NCBI GenBank assembly: GCA_028280565.1
Contig: JANQLQ010000260.1
Coordinates: 20,817-84,816, forward strand
Direction of reading: 5' to 3'
Source of the DNA: Fulvivirga sp.
GTDB lineage: Bacteria; Bacteroidota; Bacteroidia; Cytophagales; Cyclobacteriaceae
DNA length: 64,000 nucleotides
Shown piece by piece: positions 1 through 10,392 of the stretch; within the stretch, counting starts at the first letter, position 1, and each line of letters begins with the position of its first letter. The notes beneath the pieces are model-generated. The model was not told the DNA's origin and made no database searches. It saw only the letters and a list, made by a program, of their open reading frames with translations. Position numbers and translations under genes: made by a program.

Positions 1-2
1 TG

Positions 3-1595
3 GAAGCTAACAAGGTTTACACCTTTGATCATAAAAAGGCTACCCTTGCCCCTACTACTTCACAGGAAGCTCAACAAGCTCTTTTTCAAGACATTACCCA
101 CGCATCAAACCTAGCCCACCGGCATGTGGAGAACGAGTTTGATGATTTTAGCCGTGAAAGCCTCCTTCCCCATAGAATGTCCAGGTTCGGTCCGGCATTA
201 GCGGTTGGGGATATCAATGGAGACCATTTGGATGACATTTATGCCGGGGGTGCATTTGGACAAAAAGGCACACTTTACCTACAGCTTCCGGGTGGAACAT
301 TTGAGCCCCAAGAAGCCAACACCTTTGTTGGTGATGAGCAATTTGAAGATGTGGGAGCTGTTTTTTTCGATATGGATAAGGATGGGGACCAGGACCTGTA
401 CGTGGTATCCGGGGGTAACGAGGTGGAAGCCGGGTCTCCCCAGTTGGACGATAGATTATATGAAAACCGCGATGGCCTCTTGTACAAGCTTTCTGCTTCA
501 CCTCTCAAGGGGGTAAGTGGGTCTGTGGTGGTGCCGGCAGATTATGATAATGATGGTGACCTGGATCTCTTTGTAGGTGGCAGGCAGGTGCCCGGGGCTT
601 ACCCCTCATCGGCTGACAGCTACTTACTGCAGAATAATAGGGATGAAAAAGGTGCGCGTTTTGTCATGGCACAAACTTTTGGAGCCTGTGGAATGATCAC
701 CTCCGCTCACTGGGCGGATATCGATGGTGACGGGTGGATAGATCTCATAATAGCAGGGGAATGGACCTATCCTGTAATGTATAAGAATAATAACGGTTTT
801 TTTGAAGACCAGGGCAGTGTAACAGGTCTCACAGACGAAACAGGATGGTGGTTTGGCATCGCAGGCAGTGACTTTGACGCAGATGGGGACATCGATTTTG
901 TGCTTGGGAACAATGGCTTGAATTATAAATACAAAGCCTCGAAGGACGAACCTTTCGAGTTGTACATGAGTGATTTTGATGAGAACAACACACTGGATAT
1001 TGTACTCGGGTATTTCGACGAGGGGAAACGGGTGCCTGTGCGTGGCAGGGAATGTACCTCCAACCAAATGCCTTTCGTAAAATCAAAATTCCGGGATTAT
1101 CATTCTTTTGCCTCAGCTTCGCTGGAAGAGATCTATGGGGAAAATAAGCTAAAAGAAAGCCTTCAATTGAAAGCTACCAATTTTTCCACTTCTTACCTGG
1201 AAAACCTCGGTAATTGGCAATTCAAGATTACCCATTTGCCTGTTGAAACCCAATTATCAGCGATCCATTCCTTGCTGGCGCATGATGTGGATAAGGATGG
1301 GAACATGGACCTGGTCCTAGCGGGAAATTTTTATGTCTCTGAAGTAGAAACCCCAAGGAATGACGCCAGCTATGGAGTAATGTTAAAGGGAATGGGCGAT
1401 GGCAGTTTCCGGGCGATCAAGAGGGCAAGCAGCGGGCTTTTTGTTCCCGGTGATGTGAGGGATGGTAAACGGGTCCGATTGCCAGGGAATAGGGAGGCAA
1501 TTGTTTTTGTCAAAAATGATGACTGGATGCAGCTAATAGAAATAGTAGACCCCGGATCACCGAAAATACCAAGCAATAAAAAAAATGAATTATAA
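3..1595 (+). CDS. FG-GAP/VCBS repeat plus ASPIC/UnbV-type (CRTAC1-like) secreted protein; 5' end lies outside the window
   Basis: The frame is open from the window edge. Six FG-GAP style Ca-binding motifs are present (GDINGDHLDD, DMDKDGDQD, DYDNDGDLD, DIDGDGWID, DFDADGDID, DVDKDGNMD). The GTG at 126 in the ORF track is probably internal. Confidence 0.8.
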   Translation, partial: EANKVYTFDHKKATLAPTTSQEAQQALFQDITHASNLAHRHVENEFDDFSRESLLPHRMSRFGPALAVGDINGDHLDDIYAGGAFGQKGTLYLQLPGGTFEPQEANTFVGDEQFEDVGAVFFDMDKDGDQDLYVVSGGNEVEAGSPQLDDRLYENRDGLLYKLSASPLKGVSGSVVVPADYDNDGDLDLFVGGRQVPGAYPSSADSYLLQNNRDEKGARFVMAQTFGACGMITSAHWADIDGDGWIDLIIAGEWTYPVMYKNNNGFFEDQGSVTGLTDETGWWFGIAGSDFDADGDIDFVLGNNGLNYKYKASKDEPFELYMSDFDENNTLDIVLGYFDEGKRVPVRGRECTSNQMPFVKSKFRDYHSFASASLEEIYGENKLKESLQLKATNFSTSYLENLGNWQFKITHLPVETQLSAIHSLLAHDVDKDGNMDLVLAGNFYVSEVETPRNDASYGVMLKGMGDGSFRAIKRASSGLFVPGDVRDGKRVRLPGNREAIVFVKNDDWMQLIEIVDPGSPKIPSNKKNEL

Positions 1596-3180
1596 AAAGA
1601 TAAGGAGCTTAATCTTCGTGGCATTCTTTATGCTATCATTGGCCGGTTGCCAAGGCAGTTCGGAACCGGCCAATGATCCACCGGGAACCGGGGACGAGGA
1701 TATACTGGAAATATCACTTGATGCTGGCAACGCATTTCAAACCATTCACAATTTTGGAGCGTCAGACGCATGGTCCATACAATTTGTAGGGAAAAATTGG
1801 CCGGTCGAGCAACGAGATAGAATTGCGGACCTACTATTTAGCCTGGGAAAGAAAGAAGACGGTAGCCCGGCAGGGATCGGCCTGTCAGCGTGGAGGTTCA
1901 ACATAGGCGGAGGTAGCGCCGAACAGGGAAGCGCCAGCGGCATTACCGATGAGTGGAGAAGGGCAGAAAGTTTCATAGGCCAGGACGAGCAATATGACCC
2001 TACCCGGCAAACTGGTCAACTATGGTTTTTGAAGGCAGCAAAAGAAAGGGGGGTCGAGCATTTCACCGGCTTTGTCAATAGTCCGCCAGTAGTTTATACC
2101 AAAAATGGCAAGGCCTGGTCTGATAATGGGGTGAGCTCGAATCTTGCGGAGAACAATTACACCAAGTATGCCGACTTTTTGAGTAACGTAGTCAAAATTG
2201 TCACAGACCAGGCCGGGGTCACTTTCGATAATGTTAGCCCCTTTAATGAGCCCCAGTGGGAATGGAAGTGTTGTGGCCAGGAAGGTTCTCCCTGGAATAA
2301 CTTAGAGATAGCCAAGGCCGTAAGGGCCATTGATGCATCATTTGATCGGAATAACGTTCCCTCCAAGATAGAAGTGACAGAGGCCGGGCAGCTTGAATAT
2401 CTTTTTGGCACCAAATCTCCTACTAACCGCTCAGACCAAGTATACCAGTTTTTTAGCCCCTCTTCCGACAATTATATCGGGGACCTAGCATCAGTAGCAC
2501 CAAAGATTGCCGGGCATAGTTATTTTACCACATGGGACCTGGAACGGCTAGTGTCTACGCGGCAAGCGCTTCGCCAAAAACTTGAAAGTGTAGATCCTGC
2601 ACTGGAATACTGGATGTCAGAATACACCTTGCTGGAGGATAATGACCAGGTAAAAGGCCCCGGGCGCGATCTCGGCATGGACCCTGCCCTGTACCTATCC
2701 AGGGTGATCCAAGCGGACCTTGTGATCGCCCAGGCCAGCGCATGGCAATGGTGGCTGGCAGTAAGCCCCTATGACTATAAAGATGGACTAGTGTACATTG
2801 ATCATAATAAGTTCGACGGGGCCATTTACACCTCTAAACTCCTTTGGGCATTAGGTCATTTTTCCAGGTTCATCCGGCCCGGTTCGGTGCGCATAGATGT
2901 CAAGAGGTCAGACAACAAAGCTTTTGAACAGGTCATGGATCAACTGCTGGTTTCAGCATACCGTTCACAAAGCGGGGACGAGCTTATCGTTGTATTTACA
3001 AACCAGCTTTCCAAAGATCAGTCCGTCAGAATTTCCGGTTTTCCCTCGACGATGAAAACCCTTGAAGTCTACCAGACCACTTCCCAAACAGGAGAAGATT
3101 TAACGCGGGTCCTGTCGGCAGCGCCCGGTGATGAGATCACGATTCCTAAGCGCGGATTGGTCACTTGTATCATTAAATAG
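1585..3180 (+). CDS. Glycoside hydrolase family 30-like lipoprotein
   Basis: Lipoprotein signal (LSLAGCQ) and FGASDAWS near the N-terminus. Clan GH-A catalytic candidates are FNEPQWEW and YWMSEY. The family was assigned by recognition only. Confidence 0.7.
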   Translation: MNYKKIRSLIFVAFFMLSLAGCQGSSEPANDPPGTGDEDILEISLDAGNAFQTIHNFGASDAWSIQFVGKNWPVEQRDRIADLLFSLGKKEDGSPAGIGLSAWRFNIGGGSAEQGSASGITDEWRRAESFIGQDEQYDPTRQTGQLWFLKAAKERGVEHFTGFVNSPPVVYTKNGKAWSDNGVSSNLAENNYTKYADFLSNVVKIVTDQAGVTFDNVSPFNEPQWEWKCCGQEGSPWNNLEIAKAVRAIDASFDRNNVPSKIEVTEAGQLEYLFGTKSPTNRSDQVYQFFSPSSDNYIGDLASVAPKIAGHSYFTTWDLERLVSTRQALRQKLESVDPALEYWMSEYTLLEDNDQVKGPGRDLGMDPALYLSRVIQADLVIAQASAWQWWLAVSPYDYKDGLVYIDHNKFDGAIYTSKLLWALGHFSRFIRPGSVRIDVKRSDNKAFEQVMDQLLVSAYRSQSGDELIVVFTNQLSKDQSVRISGFPSTMKTLEVYQTTSQTGEDLTRVLSAAPGDEITIPKRGLVTCIIK

Positions 3181-3189
3181 CCATAAGTT

Positions 3190-5640
3190 ATGTTCAATAA
3201 ACCATTTAAGTTGGGTGTAATTGCCCTTTCACTTTTCACACAGACCCTTTTTTCCCAAGGATTTGGAACATCCGAACCTATTTCGGAATGGCATTTCCAC
3301 CTGGGAGATATCAAACTGGGAGGCAGGGAAACCCTGGATCATACGCAATGGTCAAAAGTGAGTATACCCCATGACTGGACCGTGAACCAGTTTGCCAGTC
3401 CGGACCTGGCCAGTTGTACCGGGTATTTGCCCGGGGGCATTGCGTGGTACCGAACCCACATTGATATCCCGGCAAGCGACTCGGGAAAGAGAAAGTACCT
3501 GTATTTTGAGGGAGTATATAACAACAGCGAGGTGTACATCAATGGCAAGTGGCTCGGTAAACGGCCTAATGGTTATGTATCCTTTATGTATGATATTACG
3601 CCTTACGTAAGGCCGGGTCATAATAACGTAATAGCCGTACGTGTAGACCACAGCGAAGACGCTGATTCCCGGTGGTATACAGGCTCCGGCATCTACCGCG
3701 AGGTGCATTTGGTCACCGCTAATAACATCCATATCGACCAGTGGGGAGTGTTCTATTCCACTAATATCACGAAGAAAGGCCAGGCCCGGATCAGCATCGA
3801 AACTAAGACGCGGAACCATTCAAACCAGTCGGCAAAAGTCCGGGTGGAGCATACCCTGTTGGATGACCAGGGGAATGTGGTCGGGACTTCAGGCAGCACC
3901 TTGGACATTCAAAAAAACGACCGGGCTATTTCAAACCAAGAGCTGATCGTTTCCAAGCCTAAGCTGTGGAGTGTTGACCATCCTTACTTGTATCAATTAA
4001 AGACCACCATCATTCAAGGTGATCGTCAACTCGATCAAAGCATGGTGAACGTAGGTATCCGCTCACTAACTTTTGACGCTAACAAAGGCTTCGCGCTGAA
4101 CGGTGCGTGGATGAAAATAAAAGGTGTTTGCCTCCATCATGATGCCGGCGTGCTCGGCGCTGCCGTACCAAAGGCCGTGTGGAGAGAAAGGATTGTGAAA
4201 TTGAAAGAGATCGGTGTAAATGGCATCCGAATGAGTCATAACCCCCAAGCTACGGATCTTTATGATCTTTGCGATGAATTGGGTATGCTGGTCATGGATG
4301 AGGCCTTTGATGAATGGGAATACCCAAAGAAGAAATGGATCACCGGGTGGAATAAGGGAGAGCCCGGGTTCCAAGGGCCGGCTGCCTACTTTAGGGAGTG
4401 GGGGAAAAAGGACCTGGCCTCTATCATCTATCGTAACCGCAACCATCCGTCCGTTATCATGTGGTCCATCGGTAACGAGGTAGATTATCCTAATGATCCT
4501 TACAGCCACCCGATCTTAGCATCCGAGGGTATCGGCCAGTATCATACAAAGGGATATCTCAGCAGCCAGCCACATGCCGATAGGCTGGGAGATATTGCAG
4601 GCGAGCTAGCAGCAGTGGTAAGGGCCATAGATCCGTCCCGGCCCGTGACTGCGGCACTGGCAGGCGCAGTGATGTCCAATGAAACGACCTATCCCGATGC
4701 CTTGGATATAGTCGGTTACAATTACACCGAAAGCAGGTACAAAAAAGACCATGAGAAATACCCCGGGCGAGTACTATATGGCAGCGAGACCAGGCATGAC
4801 CTGGATGCCTGGAAAGCGGTAAGGGACAATGATTTTATTTTCGGCCAATTTATATGGACCGGGTTCGACTACCTGGGAGAAGCAGGCCCCTGGCCTTCGC
4901 GAGGATTTACCACGGGAATGATCGACCTGGCGAATAACATCAAACCGAGAGGTTACTTTAGGAAATCTTTATGGACAAAAGAACCCATGGCTTACCTGGG
5001 GACATACCCCGTTCCTAAAAACAGGTCCTGGCTTTCCATCGATGCTCCACATTTGTGGAATTACGATCATGGGGAAATGGTGAGGGTAGTCACATATACG
5101 AATGGCGACGCAGCGGAGCTTTTACTCAATGACAAAGTGATTGGAAATCGTAAAGATTATGACCCCGGAAGTGGAATAATATATTGGGATGTTCCTTATG
5201 CCCCGGGTACATTAAAAGTACGGACTTATAAAAAGGGAAAAGTAGTAGCAGAAGATAAGATAACTACGGCTGGCGTTCCTGTAAAAATCGAAGCTAACGT
5301 GGGTAACCGTCGTCCTGTAGCAAAAGGTGATGTCGCATTGATCAAATTAAAGGTGCTGGACCAAGACGGCAACCTGGCCAACCTGGCCGATCCCATGATA
5401 TCCTGCAAGATCGATGGCCCAGCGAAGCTTTTGGGGCTGGAAAATGCCTCCCACTACGCTAACGAGGACTATAACACCGATAAGCTCCGATGCAAAAACG
5501 GGAAGATGCTGGCATACGTCCAGGCAACTGCTGATCTTGGTAAGATCACCATCACCTTTGAAGCTCCTTATTTAAGCAGCGCGACGGTAAATATCTCGTT
5601 AAATGAAGATACTGCGAAGCCTGCGGGCAGCAAATTTTGA
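3190..5640 (+). CDS. Glycoside hydrolase family 2 (beta-galactosidase/glucuronidase-like)
   Basis: 816 aa with a signal peptide. It has an N-terminal sugar-binding region (IPHDW) and the NHPSVIMWSIGNE acid/base motif typical of GH2. Confidence 0.85.
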   Translation: MFNKPFKLGVIALSLFTQTLFSQGFGTSEPISEWHFHLGDIKLGGRETLDHTQWSKVSIPHDWTVNQFASPDLASCTGYLPGGIAWYRTHIDIPASDSGKRKYLYFEGVYNNSEVYINGKWLGKRPNGYVSFMYDITPYVRPGHNNVIAVRVDHSEDADSRWYTGSGIYREVHLVTANNIHIDQWGVFYSTNITKKGQARISIETKTRNHSNQSAKVRVEHTLLDDQGNVVGTSGSTLDIQKNDRAISNQELIVSKPKLWSVDHPYLYQLKTTIIQGDRQLDQSMVNVGIRSLTFDANKGFALNGAWMKIKGVCLHHDAGVLGAAVPKAVWRERIVKLKEIGVNGIRMSHNPQATDLYDLCDELGMLVMDEAFDEWEYPKKKWITGWNKGEPGFQGPAAYFREWGKKDLASIIYRNRNHPSVIMWSIGNEVDYPNDPYSHPILASEGIGQYHTKGYLSSQPHADRLGDIAGELAAVVRAIDPSRPVTAALAGAVMSNETTYPDALDIVGYNYTESRYKKDHEKYPGRVLYGSETRHDLDAWKAVRDNDFIFGQFIWTGFDYLGEAGPWPSRGFTTGMIDLANNIKPRGYFRKSLWTKEPMAYLGTYPVPKNRSWLSIDAPHLWNYDHGEMVRVVTYTNGDAAELLLNDKVIGNRKDYDPGSGIIYWDVPYAPGTLKVRTYKKGKVVAEDKITTAGVPVKIEANVGNRRPVAKGDVALIKLKVLDQDGNLANLADPMISCKIDGPAKLLGLENASHYANEDYNTDKLRCKNGKMLAYVQATADLGKITITFEAPYLSSATVNISLNEDTAKPAGSKF

Positions 5641-5740
5641 GCAGATAGATTTGACGAATGTAACCCTGGAATAAGCCGGATAGTAGGTCCCCTCTTTAAG
5701 GTCGATAACGCTATTTTTAGCTAAAATAAACCTTCGAGAT

Positions 5741-7516
5741 ATGAAAAGAGATCTATCAACCGGCTTTGCCATTCCACCTCATTCTTTGAAAAAAATGTAT
5801 CAACTACGCTTTACCTTGAAAATGGTCAGTGTAGTCCTGCTTGGATTTATATTATCCGGCACTACCTGGGCGCAGGGTGCCCGTGATATGAAAGGGTATA
5901 ACTGGGCTGACAGGAGAGACAACTTCCAGGTAGGAAGGATCGAGCCTTCCGGCCTGGCCGATACAATGACCGATACCCAGGTCAATAGCCTGGCCGACAG
6001 GGTATGCCATGCTTTTAAAAATCCCGGCAACGGGAACACCATAAGATTTGGCGTAAATCCCTCTACATTGTCAGACACAGGCTATTGGACCCGGTATAAA
6101 AAGCTGATCGACCGATGCATCACCACGCACGGAATGAAAATTATTATTGCTTACTGGGAGGGGCAGAAAGACGGGGTGATAGACAACTACAACCTTTGGA
6201 GGAACATGTGGCTTCAATTGGATTCAGAATATGGCAATAACAGCCATGTATATATGGAGCCTATGAATGAGCCGTATGGATATAACAGGAACGACTTGCT
6301 CAATATGTACCAGGGTTTTAGAAATTTCATGACCAACCTTCCGGATGCCCGGACCTTATGCGGGGGTACGGGATATAGCGAAGACGTAGCGGAAATAGGG
6401 GGTGATTCCCGTGTGGACGGCTGCTTGTTCAGTCTACATCTCTATCACTGGTTTGGCAGCCAAGACAACGAAAATGGCTGGAAGAATAGATTGGACCAAA
6501 AAGTCGGTGACTACGCACACAGAACAGTGGTCACCGAATGGGGAAGTGAATGTACCCAGGGGGCCAATTACAATCAAAGCAGCAGTGATAATAAGGTAAG
6601 TTATGTTCGAGGGATGAGCCAGCGGATCAAAGAGCTGAATATGGGCAGCGTCTACTGGCCCGGGGTTCGTGACTCAGGGGATTGGTTCCGGATCTTCAAC
6701 AGTTCGTCAGACCTTACCGTGACCAATCAATCGATGATGGACAGGATACACCTCGCTTTTGATTTTACAGGCATACAGGATGGAATTTACAACATCACCA
6801 ACCGGAATAGCGGAAAGTGTTTGACCACGCTGAATGGATCTCATGCCGATGCCACCCAGGTCGTGCAATACACCTGCAATAGCAGTACCAACCAGCAATG
6901 GGACATCACCGAGATCAGCTCGGGGGTTTACAATATGGTACACGTTGCAAGCGGCAAGTATGCTGATATCGACGGGGGGTCTACCGTTGGGGGAGCGAAT
7001 AATATTATCTGGCCCGGCAATGGTGGTGACAACCAGCAATGGCACATAGTTGACCAAGGCAGTGGTTATTACCATATCATTAACCTAAAGAGCAGGTTAT
7101 ACCTCGACATTTCAGGGGGTTCTACGGCTAACGATGCCAATAACATCCAGTGGTATGCCAATGGCGGTCAAAACCAGGACTGGGCATTGACCTTGGCAGG
7201 GTCTTCTTCCGCACGTTTGGCCTCGGCCGTCGATACTAAAAAATCCTTGGATACAGAAGTTGTCGGCCACTTGGCAATGCAGGTTTATCCTAACCCTTCT
7301 CCGGACGGCCTGGTCAACATAGAGATACCTGGAATATTCAGTCATTCCAGCGGATCGAGGGTAAGCATTGTTAACCTCAAAGGTAACGTAGTATACCAAG
7401 GGGCAATATCCGGGGAGAAAGATAGTATTGACCTATCCAGCTTGCCCAAAGGCATCTATGTACTAAGATTCCAAAATAACGATCATTTTGAATTTGAAAA
7501 ATTAGTATTAGAATGA
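5741..7516 (+). CDS. GH5 glycanase with ricin-B lectin domain and T9SS C-terminal sorting domain
   Basis: MNEPYG and VVTEWG are GH5 catalytic motifs. Three QxW repeats (QQWDI, QQWHI, QDWAL) mark the ricin-B domain. The C-terminal ~80 aa (VYPNPS...GIYVLRF) is typical of a Por/T9SS CTD. An alternative start at 5795 gives a cleaner signal peptide. Confidence 0.8.
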   Translation: MKRDLSTGFAIPPHSLKKMYQLRFTLKMVSVVLLGFILSGTTWAQGARDMKGYNWADRRDNFQVGRIEPSGLADTMTDTQVNSLADRVCHAFKNPGNGNTIRFGVNPSTLSDTGYWTRYKKLIDRCITTHGMKIIIAYWEGQKDGVIDNYNLWRNMWLQLDSEYGNNSHVYMEPMNEPYGYNRNDLLNMYQGFRNFMTNLPDARTLCGGTGYSEDVAEIGGDSRVDGCLFSLHLYHWFGSQDNENGWKNRLDQKVGDYAHRTVVTEWGSECTQGANYNQSSSDNKVSYVRGMSQRIKELNMGSVYWPGVRDSGDWFRIFNSSSDLTVTNQSMMDRIHLAFDFTGIQDGIYNITNRNSGKCLTTLNGSHADATQVVQYTCNSSTNQQWDITEISSGVYNMVHVASGKYADIDGGSTVGGANNIIWPGNGGDNQQWHIVDQGSGYYHIINLKSRLYLDISGGSTANDANNIQWYANGGQNQDWALTLAGSSSARLASAVDTKKSLDTEVVGHLAMQVYPNPSPDGLVNIEIPGIFSHSSGSRVSIVNLKGNVVYQGAISGEKDSIDLSSLPKGIYVLRFQNNDHFEFEKLVLE

Positions 7517-7589
7517 AGCAAGTACCTCGCCGACTTAAAGTATCAATGGATTAAACCCGGATCTAATTCCGTTTAATTTAGCATCCCAT

Positions 7590-7653
7590 CTCACTCCTAA
7601 AGGGGCGATCAATCGCGTGGTTGGTCCCCCTTTAGGGACTCTAAGGGAGTGAG
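7590..7653. terminator. Long imperfect palindrome between convergent genes; possible bidirectional terminator or small repeat module
   Basis: CTCACTCCTAAAGGGG ... CCCCTTTAGG ... GGAGTGAG arms. There is no clear T-run. Confidence 0.35.
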
Positions 7654-7832
7654 CGTTAGGCTAAGAAATGAAAACCGGGCTTAGAACCCCGAAATCCCGC
7701 TTTAACTGCCCATTTCGAGGCTGGCAATACCTGGAACATCTTAAAAATGTACTCTAATTTGCCAAAACTACCCCAGTTAGCATTAACGCGATAAATGGCT
7801 ATAGAATCCAGGTTTGAGAACACCTGCAAAGT

Positions 7833-8996
7833 TTATGGCTGGTTGGAAGTTAGACAATTCACCTGGAGCTGTAACCTCCTCAATTCCCGGTCGAGCGGTG
7901 GTAATTCTTGTACTACATCTTCTAACAACGGGGGTATAGCTTCATCCCATCGAGCAGCGATGATCAACGAGGGGAGCGCTTCGGCACGGTCCCAAATTTT
8001 GCCGGGCCGGTAGAAAGGATCCCCGGCTTCCCAACGCTTTTTGTCAAACTCTATCTTGGTATGTACCCACTCTTTGTGCTCCTTTTCACCTTTCACATAA
8101 GGAAATACATAGGCCAGGCTTTTCTGCACAGATCCCCCTTGTCCTGGCTGGTAGGTGTAGAGATCTATCCCGGTATTCCTCATGATAATGGCCAATTCCA
8201 AGAAAGGGAATATGGATTCCATGTGGTAATGCAAGGCATCCCTCCTTTCCAGGTCCCGGGTAGTGCCATCAGCATAAAAACCCTTCTCCAACAACGGACC
8301 GATCCTCGATTGTGCAAACGCAACCAAGCTGTCATCTTCCAGCACCGTCCCACCCATAGCGATGAGTTTGATGCGTTTGATGTGACGATTGCTCGAACCG
8401 GAGGCTGGGTCCCATTGCTCTTTTTGTTTCCTCGCAATTTCTTTCAGCCAGGCAGCGATCTTCTCTTTGGGGTTGGAGGGCAATCCATCTTTGAATACTT
8501 CGTAGGCATAAAAACAAATGTCCAGCTTATTTTCATTGACATCGTTGCCGGTAGGCCGATACACCCCCGCCCATGCGGATACTATTTCTATTGCTTTTTC
8601 CCCGTAAGAAGGCTTCCGCGTGAATAAAAATGCCCACGTAAGGGTATGTAGCCTTGCCATATCCTGTAAATGAACACCCGTTTGGAGCCGTTTGGGATGG
8701 TTTGAAACCAGTCCTTCGTAAAACAGCGTATCTACGGGATTAGGTGGCAATAAAAGTGCTTCCTTTGCCTCCTCTACCAAGTCATTCAGTGCCTGCATGT
8801 GCTGTGGGTCTACCACGGGTGGGATGTGGCTACGCTCTTTATCGTTGAGCCATACCAGGGGAGGATTATTGTATTCCAAAAAAGCAGGTTCACTGCCGGG
8901 TTCCTTTTCATTCGGTGAATGGCAAGAAAGGAGTACACCAACTGTTCCTGCCAGCAGGATGAGGATAAGCTTTACCATATTAAATCCCAATCTCAT
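7833..8996 (-). CDS. Alginate-lyase/heparinase-like family lipoprotein (putative polysaccharide lyase)
   Basis: Lipoprotein signal (LLSCHS). The family was recognised only weakly. It sits in an operon with two sulfatases. The overlap with the upstream gene disappears if the start is MVK at 8978. Confidence 0.4.
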   Translation of the reverse strand: MRLGFNMVKLILILLAGTVGVLLSCHSPNEKEPGSEPAFLEYNNPPLVWLNDKERSHIPPVVDPQHMQALNDLVEEAKEALLLPPNPVDTLFYEGLVSNHPKRLQTGVHLQDMARLHTLTWAFLFTRKPSYGEKAIEIVSAWAGVYRPTGNDVNENKLDICFYAYEVFKDGLPSNPKEKIAAWLKEIARKQKEQWDPASGSSNRHIKRIKLIAMGGTVLEDDSLVAFAQSRIGPLLEKGFYADGTTRDLERRDALHYHMESIFPFLELAIIMRNTGIDLYTYQPGQGGSVQKSLAYVFPYVKGEKEHKEWVHTKIEFDKKRWEAGDPFYRPGKIWDRAEALPSLIIAARWDEAIPPLLEDVVQELPPLDRELRRLQLQVNCLTSNQP

Positions 8997-10392
8997 CGTT
9001 CAAAAGGACCAATAGTTTTTCTTGCACCTCTTTGTACCGGGGTTGGTGGGCCACATTTTGTTCTTCTACCCTACCGTGTGTAAGATCATATAATTCAAGA
9101 TAAGCAACACTGTCGGGATCTTCTCGATCTACCCACTTTATGAGCTTATGGTTTGCTGTTCTTACCGAATAGCCGTATACTCTTTTTCTTGGCCTTTGGG
9201 CGAAAGCAGCTTCTTTAATTTGAAGTTCCGGGTTTTCGAATAACGGCATCAAGCTCTTCCCTGCCAACTGGGCCGGACCATCTTTAAACCCGGCCGCCTC
9301 GATCAACGTGGGATATACATCTACAAGCTCTGCAAGGCTGGATGTACGTTGCCCTGCTTTATCGGGGTGATGCAGGATCAAAGGCACACGCGTATCGTAG
9401 TCGTAATGGGTGTTCTTACACCAGTCCCCATACTCCCCTAATTTGTAGCCATGATCCCCGAACAATACAACGATCGTACTTTCCGACTTGCCCAATTGCT
9501 CCAGCTCACTTAAAATCCTGCCTACTTGGGCATCCATATAGCTGATACAAGCAAAATAGCCATGAACCAGTGTATCTCCTTTGCTGGCTGCTATCGGTCC
9601 CCTGGGGATATCATGGTATTTTCGCAGCTCGCCGGCGTTAGTACCTACATAGCGGGGAACCCCCGGGGGATAACCCGGGGGCCGGTCCAGGTGTCTTACC
9701 GGGTTTTTATATAAGTCCCAATATTTTTTAGGAGCATTGAACGGTAAGTGCGGCTTCAATAAGCCTACCGCTAAGAAAAAGGGCTTATCCTGTTCAAACC
9801 TTCTCAACGCCCGTATCGCCCGGTTAGCAATGATCCCATCGGTATACAGGCTGTCGTGCACATCGGCATATTCATACGGACGGCCGCGTTTTGACCCGTC
9901 CCAGGGATCATTGATCTTGACATTTTCTTCAAAGTGATAGGTGCTGCGCTGCTTCGGGCCATCTTGGTAATAGTTCCAAGAAAGAGGATCGCCGATCCCC
10001 TGGTGGAAGACTTTCCCATAGGCCTCGGTTTGATAGCCTCGTTCTTTAAAAAACTGGGGTAGCGTCACCGCCCCCGGGAGCTTGTCCCTCAAAGGAGTGT
10101 CATTATTGTTAATCCCCGTTTCGTGGGGCCTTAGTCCCGTTAAGAAACTCATCCGGGAAGGCGAGCAGATAGGCGCCTGGCAATAGGCTTTCTCGAAGAC
10201 AAGGCTTTTCGCGGCCAAAGCGTCGATGCTAGGTGAAACGATATGGTCGGCGCCATACGCCCCCAGCTCGGGGCGAAGATCATCGATCACCAAGAAAAGT
10301 ACATTGTAGGGCCTTGGGGTTTTCTTGTGTACGGACTCACATCCTATGAAGGCCCATAACACCAAAAAGAAAAGAAAAGAAAGTCGCATCAT
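8980..10392 (-). CDS. Sulfatase (S1 family, iduronate-2-sulfatase-like)
   Basis: Signal peptide, formylglycine motif CSPSR (APICSPSRMSFLTGLRP) and GDHG motif. Confidence 0.9.
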   Translation of the reverse strand: MMRLSFLFFLVLWAFIGCESVHKKTPRPYNVLFLVIDDLRPELGAYGADHIVSPSIDALAAKSLVFEKAYCQAPICSPSRMSFLTGLRPHETGINNNDTPLRDKLPGAVTLPQFFKERGYQTEAYGKVFHQGIGDPLSWNYYQDGPKQRSTYHFEENVKINDPWDGSKRGRPYEYADVHDSLYTDGIIANRAIRALRRFEQDKPFFLAVGLLKPHLPFNAPKKYWDLYKNPVRHLDRPPGYPPGVPRYVGTNAGELRKYHDIPRGPIAASKGDTLVHGYFACISYMDAQVGRILSELEQLGKSESTIVVLFGDHGYKLGEYGDWCKNTHYDYDTRVPLILHHPDKAGQRTSSLAELVDVYPTLIEAAGFKDGPAQLAGKSLMPLFENPELQIKEAAFAQRPRKRVYGYSVRTANHKLIKWVDREDPDSVAYLELYDLTHGRVEEQNVAHQPRYKEVQEKLLVLLNDEIGI

